From an uncultured Duncaniella sp. (lineage in GTDB: Bacteria > Bacteroidota > Bacteroidia > Bacteroidales > Muribaculaceae), in assembly GCA_910578615.1 (NCBI GenBank), contig CAJTRI010000001.1, positions 162,172-226,171 on the forward strand: 64,000 nucleotides of DNA. The letters are read 5' to 3'. Made by a program: the position numbers and the translations under genes. A model generated the notes under the pieces. That model did no database searches. It was not told the DNA's origin and was given only the letters and a program-made list of their open reading frames with translations. Below are positions 27,077 through 35,233 of this stretch, piece by piece (the first letter of the stretch is position 1; each line of letters begins with the position of its first letter).

Positions 27077-27262
27077 TTAGACAGCAGCGGTCTTTTCGAT
27101 CACGATGCGTCCGCGGTAGTAGCCACACTCACCACATACGGTGTGATAGAGGTGCCATGAGCCGCAGTTGGGGCAGAGTGCTAATGTGGGGACAACTGCC
27201 TTGTCGTGTGTGCGACGCTTGGCAGTGCGGGTCTTGGATTGCTTGCGTTTAGGATGTGCCAT
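27077..27262 (-). CDS. rpmF: 50S ribosomal protein L32
   Basis: MAHPKRKQSKTRTAKRRTHDKA.., with a C-x2-C..C-x2-C zinc ribbon. 61 aa. Confidence 0.95.
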   Translation of the reverse strand: MAHPKRKQSKTRTAKRRTHDKAVVPTLALCPNCGSWHLYHTVCGECGYYRGRIVIEKTAAV

Positions 27263-27335
27263 GACTTATTTATTATTTTTGTTGTTACTATATATTGTTT
27301 CGCGCCTTGCTCTATCGGCGTGAATCGGGGTTGCT

Positions 27336-27938
27336 TTATTCCTTGGGGGAGTCGTTGTCTGTTGCCAGTGCCCTGAGTCCGTCCCAGCGAGGGTCGGTGG
27401 GTGTCTCGGTATCGGCTGTATCGTCCATCGTGTCCATCTCCTCTATCAGGCGGTCGGTAAGTTCGGAATCTTCGTCATCCCCTTCCTTGACCGCGCGGTG
27501 CTTGCGGAGCAGGGCGCTCATGGCGCGGTTGCACTTGCCCATGGGATGTACATGCTTGATGGGGATTGCCAGAGAGGCTGTGTCATAAATCATGTATGAC
27601 ACGTTGAGGGTCGGATCGTTTTCTGGTATGACGAGAAGTTCGTCGGTTTCGGCATAGTCTTCGCCGAATTTCACGGCGATTTCGTAGGTAGTGTCAATCG
27701 GATGCACAAGGTCGTCAAGACAGCGGTCACATATGAGTGTGACAGTCCCGGTGACATGGAAGGCAAGATTGTAGATATCGTGCTTGTGTGTCACCGTGAG
27801 CCTGACATCGAGGTCGGCGTCATGTATGTCCGCGCTCTCCATGTTGACGAAGAACTGTTTATCAAGGTGATATTCAAATTCCTGTGTGCCCTCGGGCATT
27901 GTCTTTAATTGGAGGCGGAAAGCTGAAAATTTTCCCAC
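27336..27938 (-). CDS. yceD: DUF177 (YceD-like) protein
   Basis: GTG start giving MGKFSAFRLQLKTMPEGTQEFEYHLDKQFF... Cys-rich central motifs and an acidic C-terminus are present. The position upstream of rpmF is conserved. Confidence 0.85.
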   Translation of the reverse strand: MGKFSAFRLQLKTMPEGTQEFEYHLDKQFFVNMESADIHDADLDVRLTVTHKHDIYNLAFHVTGTVTLICDRCLDDLVHPIDTTYEIAVKFGEDYAETDELLVIPENDPTLNVSYMIYDTASLAIPIKHVHPMGKCNRAMSALLRKHRAVKEGDDEDSELTDRLIEEMDTMDDTADTETPTDPRWDGLRALATDNDSPKE

Positions 27939-27963
27939 GACAATATTGTTTGAAAAAACTGTG

Positions 27964-27994
27964 CAAAGTTATGCAATTTATTTTGATTATCAAA
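27964..27994 (-). promoter_or_regulatory. Promoter of yceD-rpmF (minus strand TTTG-N19-TAacTTTG)
   Basis: On the plus strand, CAAAGTTA lies at 27964-27971 and CAAA at 27991-27994. The -7 box ends about 25 nt upstream of the GTG at 27938. Confidence 0.55.
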
Positions 27995-28015
27995 ATATTG
28001 GGCGAGATTTTCGGG

Positions 28016-28031
28016 AAAACCCGCCGGCGGG
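28016..28031 (-). terminator. Weak GC hairpin plus U4 after the M23 peptidase gene
   Basis: The minus strand reads CCCGCCGGCGGG followed by TTTT, 13 nt after the stop. The stem is only 4-5 bp. Confidence 0.3.
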
Positions 28032-28043
28032 GCGCCGTGATGT

Positions 28044-28859
28044 CTATTTTCGGGCGGTCTGGCGTGGTTTGGATACAGATCCCGCGAGTGCCTTCTTGTC
28101 CCGCTTGCCGGTGCCCAGATGGCGCTCCTTGTTGAAAAGGAATGTGGCGCTGTAAGGGTGTCCGCTACGCAGGTCTACGATTGCTGCGGGGTCGATTGCC
28201 GCCGCGTGATAGCGTGTCTCGAAGTGCAGGTGCGGCCCGGAGGAGTTGCCTGTCGAGCCTCCTATGGCTATCGGGTCTCCGGCCTCGACCTTGGCGGATG
28301 GAACCACGAGGAAGCTGTCAAGATGGCCGTAGAGTGTTTGCAGTCCGTTTGGATGGGTGATGATTATGTAGTAGCCGTAACCTCTGGCGTCATTGCGCGT
28401 GAGCGTGACGGTTCCCGGAAACGCAGCGCGGATGGTGTCGCCACGGCATATGTCTATATCGACGCCGCGATGGAAGCGTCCGAAATTCTTTCTATAACCG
28501 AAAGGTGACGTTACGGTGCCGGTGGCAGGCATTACGAACTGGCTGACGTTGAAAGGTATGTCGCCGTCGGGAATGTGTGTGCGGCTCAGGGCCGACAGGT
28601 CTCCCCCCAGTATGAGTTCGCTTCCGGGACCTCGGTCAAAGAGGTGGGCCATGTAGTCGAGGGTCGAGGAGACCATCTCGGCAGAGTCCGTCTCCTGTGG
28701 AGGGAGATAGACGGCGTCCATCGACATGAGTATCTTGTCAAAGGAGAATGTGCTGACCGATACGGAATCCGCGTCGGCTGGCTTGCCTGTGCCTGAGGCT
28801 GTCAGCGAGACTATCACTGACAGAAGGGAGGAGAGTATGACGGCAGTCTTTCTAAGCAC
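28044..28859 (-). CDS. M23-family metallopeptidase (LytM/peptidoglycan DD-endopeptidase type), secreted
   Basis: Signal peptide present. HRGVDI, ...YGHLDSF and GSTGNSSGPHLHFE match the HxxxD and HxH motifs. The GTG start overlaps the wzz-like stop by 8 nt. Confidence 0.9.
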   Translation of the reverse strand: MLRKTAVILSSLLSVIVSLTASGTGKPADADSVSVSTFSFDKILMSMDAVYLPPQETDSAEMVSSTLDYMAHLFDRGPGSELILGGDLSALSRTHIPDGDIPFNVSQFVMPATGTVTSPFGYRKNFGRFHRGVDIDICRGDTIRAAFPGTVTLTRNDARGYGYYIIITHPNGLQTLYGHLDSFLVVPSAKVEAGDPIAIGGSTGNSSGPHLHFETRYHAAAIDPAAIVDLRSGHPYSATFLFNKERHLGTGKRDKKALAGSVSKPRQTARK

Positions 28860-29958
28860 TGAGTTTCTTCTTGGCGTTCATGATGGTGTCGCCGAACAGT
28901 ATCTTGGCCGATGCGGCGCAGCATCCGAGAAATATGAAACCTACGAGTATCATTGCCTTTGATGGCTTTGACGCGCGTACAGGCACCGTGGCCGGCTCTA
29001 CGATCGCGTAGACAGGTGTGTTTTCCTGTACCTTCGCCTTGGCTATCTGTACCTGCTGGGCTGTCTGGTTGAAGATTCCGAACGCGAGTTGGGCCTCGTT
29101 GGACAGACGGTCACGTGTCACCTGGGCTGAGTGGAGCGTTATCCCCTGGTTGCGGTCGAGGTAGTCTGCCAGACGCTGTTGTGCCTGATAATAGCTGTCT
29201 CTGGCTTTCTCGTTCAGCATTTCCGCATATTCGAGATCCTTGCGGGCCTTGGATGTGCGGTAGTCGGTGATGAACTGTTGGAGATGTACTGCCACGGTGT
29301 CTGCGAGAGTGGCTGATATGAGAGGATCCTGCATCATCACTGTGATGGTGTTGACCCCGGTCTTCATGTCATAGTCGCTGGAAATACGGTTGGCGAGTCC
29401 TTCCTTTATCTCGGTTTCCTCTTCTGTCAGTTTGAACGGGTTGGTTCCCTCGTCTCCTTCTTCCTCCTCCTCTTCGGAGAAAAGAGACATCACCCCGCCT
29501 ATTGCCTGTCTGGGCAACGCGAGAATAGCAGACCACCAGGGAGCTGAGAGATGTTCGCTGACGTAGGTGCGGACGGTATATGTGGAGTCGGTCTTACTCT
29601 CTGTGACGGGCACTTCGAACAGTCCCACGAGGAACGGCACTGACGAGAGAACATCGGGATATAGTGACGGTGCCACGGCATCGCCGCTGTTGTTGGAGTT
29701 GGCGTTGATTCCGGCCATTGCGGCTATGGCCCCGAGTCCTCCTGCGCCTCCTGCCGCTGATGCCTCAGGGGCGAGCTTGATGGTTGTGGAATATTCCTTG
29801 GGTATGCTGAACGCCACCACGAGTCCTATGAGGGCGCTTATGCCGGCATACTTGAAGATTGTACGCCGCGATTTCCATAGTTTTGTGGCGAGTTCCAGAA
29901 GGTCTATTTCTTCTTCTTCTCCGGCGGTATTTTCTGTCACGTCTCTTTCGTCGCGCAT
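28852..29958 (-). CDS. Wzz-like chain-length determinant / polysaccharide co-polymerase (no kinase domain)
   Basis: N-terminal TM (IFKYAGISALIGLVVAFSIPKEY), a long coiled periplasmic region and a C-terminal TM (MILVGFIFLGCCAASA). Confidence 0.75.
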   Translation of the reverse strand: MRDERDVTENTAGEEEEIDLLELATKLWKSRRTIFKYAGISALIGLVVAFSIPKEYSTTIKLAPEASAAGGAGGLGAIAAMAGINANSNNSGDAVAPSLYPDVLSSVPFLVGLFEVPVTESKTDSTYTVRTYVSEHLSAPWWSAILALPRQAIGGVMSLFSEEEEEEGDEGTNPFKLTEEETEIKEGLANRISSDYDMKTGVNTITVMMQDPLISATLADTVAVHLQQFITDYRTSKARKDLEYAEMLNEKARDSYYQAQQRLADYLDRNQGITLHSAQVTRDRLSNEAQLAFGIFNQTAQQVQIAKAKVQENTPVYAIVEPATVPVRASKPSKAMILVGFIFLGCCAASAKILFGDTIMNAKKKLSA

Positions 29959-30013
29959 AGGGATATGGTTCTGTGGGGTGCGATTTTATATGGTGTTATT
30001 AGAACCCTCTTTC

Positions 30014-32413
30014 TTATTTGAACATGTTTGCGAGGGCTGCGGCCATGGTTCCGAGTGAGCCGAGCGAGGTGGCGATAGTCATGGCCTTTGTCCAGTCGAA
30101 TGACTGTTTGTCGGGCTTCGAGGGAACTATAATCTGCGAACCCGGCTCGACAGGGGTGTTTTTCTTGGCCTTTGCCACCATGCCGTTCATGTAGACTATG
30201 AACACCTTGCCCTTGTTGGCACGGTTGCCGTAGCCGCCTGCGAGGTTTATATAGTCTTTGACCTTCATTCCGGGCTGGTAGGTCACGGTGTTGGGTACCA
30301 TCACATCGCCCGAAATCTTCACGGTGCTTATATGCTCAGGTACGAAGAGACGGTCTCCGGCCCTCAAAACTAGGTCGTAGCTGCTGCCCGGGTTGGCCAT
30401 GGCCTTTTCAAGGTCGATGCCGACCGAGTAGGTGTCAGACACTTGCAGCTTGGCTACGGATATGGAGTCGTTGCCGGAACTACCCATTGCGAGACGTATT
30501 GTCTCGTCGCGCGCCGCGATCTCGTCCGTTGTCATCTTCCTTATTACGTGGGCGCCGCGTATGTAGGCTTCCGGGGTGAGGCCGCCGGCTCGTTTTATAA
30601 GTTCTGTCAGGCGCTCGTTCCTCCTTTGGAGGACATAGCTGCCCGAGAATGTCACCTCGCCGTCAAGCTGTACGAACTGCTGGGCCACATAGTTGGGGCT
30701 TTTGCGGACTACCACTACGTCATAAGGTTTGAGTACGAAGTTGTTATCATCTCCCATAAGGAGTCCGTCTTTCAGAGAGAAGGTATAGACTTCGGCTATG
30801 CGGGTCTCGGTGGTGGTGGCCATGGGGTCAATAACTCGTCTTGATACGTCTACCTTGGCATAGGAAGCTCCTTCAAGAAGGCCTCCGGCTGCGATGATGA
30901 GGTCTTCGATGGAGGTGTTTTCGGCAAACGGATACTGTCCCGGCTTCGCCACCATGCCGTTGATGGTGAGGTCGCCGCGTTCGAATATTTCCTTGACACT
31001 GGAAATGACTATGACGTCGTTGCGTTTCAGGGTTATGTCGGGAGCGGTGCCGGCAAGGAGTGCGCCGAGGTCAAAGGCCTCGGCTACGAGGGTTAGGTCT
31101 TCGGCCTCGCGGTAGAGGAGCGCGCGTGACTTGTAGGCGTCCTCGGCAAGTCCGTCGGCATTGCGTATGAGGTCACGGATCGTATTGATGCCCGATCCGA
31201 TCGAGTACATGCCGGGACGCATGGCGGCGCCACGAAGTTCGACACGGTTGCTGAAACGGTCGAGGGTGGTTCCTACGGTTATGAGGTCGCCGTCACGGAG
31301 GCGGTAGGTCTTGTAATCGCTTTCGGCAACGTTGAACAGCTCTTTCTCGCGTCCTGTCAGACGGGCTATTCTCACCATGTCGGTATAGGCGTCGCCGGAA
31401 AATCCTCCGGCATATTGGAGTGCGTCATAAAGTGTCTCGTCCCCTTTCAGCTCGTAGAACATGGGGCGCTTCACGTTGCCGTCAACGTTGACGAGCTGTG
31501 AATACGGGGGCACCATGATCATGTCGCCCTCTTGAAGGCGGATGTTTCCTTTCTGGCTTCCGTTGAAGAGGAAGTCATATATGTCTATTTCGGCTATGCG
31601 GCGTCCGGCTCGGTAGACCTCTATGTTACGCATGGAGCCTATGTCGTTGATACCTCCGGCCTTATACAGGGCGTGAAATACGTTTGAGAAAGGAGACAGG
31701 CGGTAGGTGCCCGGTGTGTTTACCTCGCCCATGATGTCTACCTGGATGGTGCGGAGCTGTCCGAGGGTCACGGAAATCTCGGTTGATTCGCTGTCGACGC
31801 CCGAGTATTTAGAGGCGAATGCCGAGCGTATGTGGTTGTTGGCCTCGTTTATGGTCATGCCGTTGAGAAACAGCGGCCCGAGTTGCGAGATCATGATATT
31901 TCCCTCAGGGGAGATTGTGCGCCGCAAGTGATCCTCGCTTACGCCCCAGATGTCGATTATCACCTCGTCGCCGGGGCCGAGACGGTAGTTCTGCGGGGTG
32001 GCGGCGTTCTCGTTAGGCTCGAATGTGAGATTTCGGGAGTTGAACACTTTATGACCGAACACCTCGCTGGCTCTGGCCTCTTTGGTTTCTTTCAGTTCGT
32101 CGGTGTTTCCCTCGAATACGGGTTCGGTCTCCTCCGTCTCCACCGAGTGGCGTGCGATAGCGGCAGCTTCGCCGGCCACCCGTCTCTCGCGGCCGGTTGA
32201 TGCACCTGCGTCGGTGTTCTGGGCCTTTATGCGCTTAACCTGTTCTGGTGTGACGCCTTGGGCCACGAGTTCGCGTCCTATCTGTTGCTCGGTCTTGCCG
32301 AGGGCTGTCTGTTGTTTGATATAATCTATGACCTGCTGGTCGGTCATCTTGGCGCCTACGGCCAATGAGCCGGCCAACATTAGCAAAGTGATAAGTAATG
32401 CCTTGATTTTCAT
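30014..32413 (-). CDS. Wza-like polysaccharide export outer-membrane protein with multiple SLBB domains
   Basis: Signal peptide MKIKALLITLLMLAGSLAVGA. Poly_export-like region (YRLGPGDEVIIDIWG) followed by repeated SLBB-type modules (GEVNTPGTY, GNVKRPMFY, GMVAKPGQY, GDVMVPNTV). The start is set at ATG 32413. Confidence 0.85.
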   Translation of the reverse strand: MKIKALLITLLMLAGSLAVGAKMTDQQVIDYIKQQTALGKTEQQIGRELVAQGVTPEQVKRIKAQNTDAGASTGRERRVAGEAAAIARHSVETEETEPVFEGNTDELKETKEARASEVFGHKVFNSRNLTFEPNENAATPQNYRLGPGDEVIIDIWGVSEDHLRRTISPEGNIMISQLGPLFLNGMTINEANNHIRSAFASKYSGVDSESTEISVTLGQLRTIQVDIMGEVNTPGTYRLSPFSNVFHALYKAGGINDIGSMRNIEVYRAGRRIAEIDIYDFLFNGSQKGNIRLQEGDMIMVPPYSQLVNVDGNVKRPMFYELKGDETLYDALQYAGGFSGDAYTDMVRIARLTGREKELFNVAESDYKTYRLRDGDLITVGTTLDRFSNRVELRGAAMRPGMYSIGSGINTIRDLIRNADGLAEDAYKSRALLYREAEDLTLVAEAFDLGALLAGTAPDITLKRNDVIVISSVKEIFERGDLTINGMVAKPGQYPFAENTSIEDLIIAAGGLLEGASYAKVDVSRRVIDPMATTTETRIAEVYTFSLKDGLLMGDDNNFVLKPYDVVVVRKSPNYVAQQFVQLDGEVTFSGSYVLQRRNERLTELIKRAGGLTPEAYIRGAHVIRKMTTDEIAARDETIRLAMGSSGNDSISVAKLQVSDTYSVGIDLEKAMANPGSSYDLVLRAGDRLFVPEHISTVKISGDVMVPNTVTYQPGMKVKDYINLAGGYGNRANKGKVFIVYMNGMVAKAKKNTPVEPGSQIIVPSKPDKQSFDWTKAMTIATSLGSLGTMAAALANMFK

Positions 32414-32479
32414 ATAGTTGGTTATATCATGTTTAGACGGCGGACTTACATAGCAAAATCCGCAGGTGCATAATCGGCG

Positions 32480-32487
32480 CAAAGTTA
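32480..32487 (-). promoter_or_regulatory. -7 box TAacTTTG upstream of the wza-like gene
   Basis: The plus strand reads CAAAGTTA at 32480-32487. The -33 region is only ATTG-like. Confidence 0.35.
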
Positions 32488-32560
32488 ATAACTTTCTGTG
32501 ACTTATGCAATAAAAACTCCACAACCGATTGTCGCGTGAAAATCTCCCGGCGGCAGGGGG

Positions 32561-32611
32561 ATAAAATAGAATCCGCCCGCGTAGACCGTGGTGTGGTCGG
32601 CGCGGGCGGAT
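32561..32611 (-). terminator. Rho-independent terminator of the T9SS cargo gene
   Basis: On the minus strand an 11-bp stem pairs ATCCGCCCGCG with CGCGGGCGGAT around a 19-nt loop, followed by TCTATTTTAT. It lies 23 nt after the stop. Confidence 0.7.
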
Positions 32612-32633
32612 GATGTTTCAGACTGTTGTCCTG

Positions 32634-34001
32634 TTACTTGATAATCACCTTGGTGACGGTGTTGCCCTGACGGCGGATGAAGAGGCCGTTGGCGGGATTG
32701 TCGACGCGTACACCCTGGATGTTGAAGTATTCCACGGGAGCGTTTGCATCATCAGCTCCGATACCTTCGATGGCGGTTGTCTTCTGCTTGCCTGTCACTG
32801 AGATTTCCTGTACCTCCCATGTCCCGGCCACTTCGGCTGTGGAGACATAGCGGAAGCCTATCTGTACCTTCTTGCCTGCATAGGCTTCGAGCGATACGGG
32901 GGCATTGGCATAGAAATCCCATGAGAATTTCTCGGGTGCTGTGGGTTCGCCAAGCTCAGTCCACTCTGTGGCGCCCTCCTCGCGGATGAGGATGAAGGCA
33001 TAGCCCTTGAAGTCGGTTGTGGGGATATTCTCGTTGTTGAGCTTGTAGTTGTTGAAAGCGTTTGAGAAGTTCAGCTCGATGCCTTCCTTGCCGGTGAGGT
33101 CGATGGCCTCTGTGGTGTAGGCGACTGCAACAGCCGCGTTGGGCTGTTTGTTTATGTAAGCTGTGCCTTTCAGGCCGTAAGTCTTGTCTAATGACCAGAC
33201 TTCGAGTTCGGCAGGGTTGTCGAATGAGAAGCCTTCGCCAAGACGTGAGAAGAATATGGCGTTTTCGGGAACGGCTGAGAGGACGGTGAGGAGATAGGAC
33301 GCTGTACCGCCCTTGTACTCGGTATTTTCCTCGGCTGTGGCGGTGATGCGGGCCTTGCCCTTGCCTACGAGGGTCACCACGCCTGTGGCGGGATCAACTG
33401 TGGCTACGCTCTCTTTGTCAGAGGTGTAGGTCACGGCGGCGTTGGTCTCCTTGGTGAGGACGGGAGCGGTAAAGGCCTCACCCATTACTGCGGTGGCCTT
33501 GTCTTCGGCAAATGCCAGACCGGCTTCCTTGCGGGTGTCTACTGTGCCGCCGGTATAGGTGACGGTCATGGTTTTGAGCTGCACGGTGCCGGTTTTGCCG
33601 GAGGCTCCAAGGTTTACGAGCGCGATAGAAGAGGCCGAGCCTTCCCATGTGCCGTCATTGTAACCTTCGCCTTGCAGATAGCCGAAGCTTGATCCGGTGA
33701 TTTTGAGTCCGGTGATTGTGCCGCCGTTGATGCTGATGGTGATACCGCTGTTTTTGTTGATACGGAAGGTCTGTGCTCCTGTGTTTGTAGCCCAGAATCT
33801 TACGCCGGAGCCTTCGAGTGTGTTGGCTGTTATGGTGATGACGCCGTCAGAGAACGAGGTGCCGTCTTCCATTGCGTCACTTCCCGAGGTCACCACTTGC
33901 TGTCCGTAGGCGTTGGTGGTGAAGTCGAATGTCAGCTCTTCCGCTGACATACTTGCTGTGCTCGCGAGCACAGCAAGAGCAGAGAGTAAAAATTTCTTCA
34001 T
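32634..34001 (-). CDS. Secreted T9SS cargo protein (Big_2 Ig-like domain + MAM/choice-of-anchor-J-like beta-sandwich + type A C-terminal sorting domain)
   Basis: Signal peptide MKKFLLSALAVLASTASMSA. Big_2-like segment AVTYTSDKESVATVDPATGVVTLVGKGKARITA. The C-terminus ..VEYFNIQGVRVDNPANGLFIRRQGNTVTKVIIK is typical of Por/T9SS CTDs. Confidence 0.75.
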   Translation of the reverse strand: MKKFLLSALAVLASTASMSAEELTFDFTTNAYGQQVVTSGSDAMEDGTSFSDGVITITANTLEGSGVRFWATNTGAQTFRINKNSGITISINGGTITGLKITGSSFGYLQGEGYNDGTWEGSASSIALVNLGASGKTGTVQLKTMTVTYTGGTVDTRKEAGLAFAEDKATAVMGEAFTAPVLTKETNAAVTYTSDKESVATVDPATGVVTLVGKGKARITATAEENTEYKGGTASYLLTVLSAVPENAIFFSRLGEGFSFDNPAELEVWSLDKTYGLKGTAYINKQPNAAVAVAYTTEAIDLTGKEGIELNFSNAFNNYKLNNENIPTTDFKGYAFILIREEGATEWTELGEPTAPEKFSWDFYANAPVSLEAYAGKKVQIGFRYVSTAEVAGTWEVQEISVTGKQKTTAIEGIGADDANAPVEYFNIQGVRVDNPANGLFIRRQGNTVTKVIIK

Positions 34002-34089
34002 AAGCTTGGATGTTTTGGATGAATATGTTTTTTATGGATATACGTTGATTCTTAAACGTATTTTCGTCAGAGGACAGGATTCTTTTCTG

Positions 34090-34121
34090 CAAAGATACGT
34101 TAAGAAATAACTATTTCCAAA
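34090..34121 (-). promoter_or_regulatory. Promoter of the T9SS cargo gene (minus strand TTTG-N20-TAtcTTTG)
   Basis: On the plus strand, CAAAGATA lies at 34090-34097 and CAAA at 34118-34121. The predicted leader is about 85 nt. Confidence 0.55.
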
Positions 34122-34133
34122 TATTCCAGTCAC

Positions 34134-35186
34134 TTATTTCTTGAAACTTAGCGCGTCGAGTGATATTGTTAGCATCAGCCTCTGGTTGAATTCGAATCCG
34201 CCCGATGTTATGTGGAAGTCGAGCGCTCCCGTGAGGTTTATCCCTCCCCTTCGCAGGATGTAGAGATAGATGTCGGTGCGGTTGTAGAGTTTCGATTGGA
34301 AATAAGGCTCTCCCTGATAGAGAAGCGAGTTGTAACGTTCGTAGAGTGGATATAGCGCCCCGCCCGCATATAGCGAGTTCTTCACTCCGAGCCAGCGCCA
34401 CCGTGCCAAGACCTCGAGCCATCCTCCAGCGGGAGTCCGCCACGATTGGTCGAATTTGCGGTCTCGGTCAAGCCCTATTATTGCTCCCGCCCGTATTTGG
34501 AGAGAGTCCATCGCGGTCTTGCCGGTCAGGTCAAGTCCTATGTACGGGTTGGCCAGAAAGTTGTCTACAACCCCGTCCAGATTCTCCGCGTCATTCTTGC
34601 GCCTTGCCAGATGGTTCATCATCAGATGGACGCCCGTAAAGAACGGGCCGTCCTTTGGCTGCCACCTCCCGTGGGCCACTATGGCGAATGCCTCCCTCTG
34701 TTTCTCGGTCTGCATTCCGCGCCAGTCAATGTATGCGTCAAAGAATCCCCTTTCTGTGACATATTGCACCAATGCCCCGCGTATATTGGACTGGTAGTAG
34801 GACATATGGTCGCTCCATAGAAAGCCCGGCATCTCCTCCCGCAGTTGTCCGCGCGGGAACATTCCCATGGAGAACCGCCACGATGGAGATTCAAAACGGT
34901 AATAGAGCGTGGGTGAGACGCGTCTGCCCTCCCATTCGCATCCAATCGGCTGAAACCATACCACTCCTCCGGCTATACGGCTCTTTTCCGACAGCCTCAG
35001 ACCTGCCTCGGGTGCAAGGCGGGTGAAGAAATAGGTCTTAGAGTCCGTATATTTCCCGTCTCCTTCCGAATTGTCGAAGACCGAGAGGAAGTCTATACCC
35101 CATGTGGGCGTTACCGCGCGTCCTCCGATGGCGCACAGCATAAAGAGCGAAAGCAGCAGTCGTGGTTTCATGATTTGTGATGGCAT
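34134..35186 (-). CDS. Hypothetical secreted protein, possibly an outer-membrane beta-barrel
   Basis: Signal peptide MKPRLLLSLFMLCAIGG (an alternative ATG lies at 35171). The sequence is rich in alternating aromatic/Gly beta-strand-like segments and ends in ..DALSFKK. I recognise no family. Confidence 0.45.
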   Translation of the reverse strand: MPSQIMKPRLLLSLFMLCAIGGRAVTPTWGIDFLSVFDNSEGDGKYTDSKTYFFTRLAPEAGLRLSEKSRIAGGVVWFQPIGCEWEGRRVSPTLYYRFESPSWRFSMGMFPRGQLREEMPGFLWSDHMSYYQSNIRGALVQYVTERGFFDAYIDWRGMQTEKQREAFAIVAHGRWQPKDGPFFTGVHLMMNHLARRKNDAENLDGVVDNFLANPYIGLDLTGKTAMDSLQIRAGAIIGLDRDRKFDQSWRTPAGGWLEVLARWRWLGVKNSLYAGGALYPLYERYNSLLYQGEPYFQSKLYNRTDIYLYILRRGGINLTGALDFHITSGGFEFNQRLMLTISLDALSFKK

Positions 35187-35233
35187 GCGGCGTTTACGGG
35201 CGAGGTCATCCCGGGCGCCCTCCCCGTCCCGAG

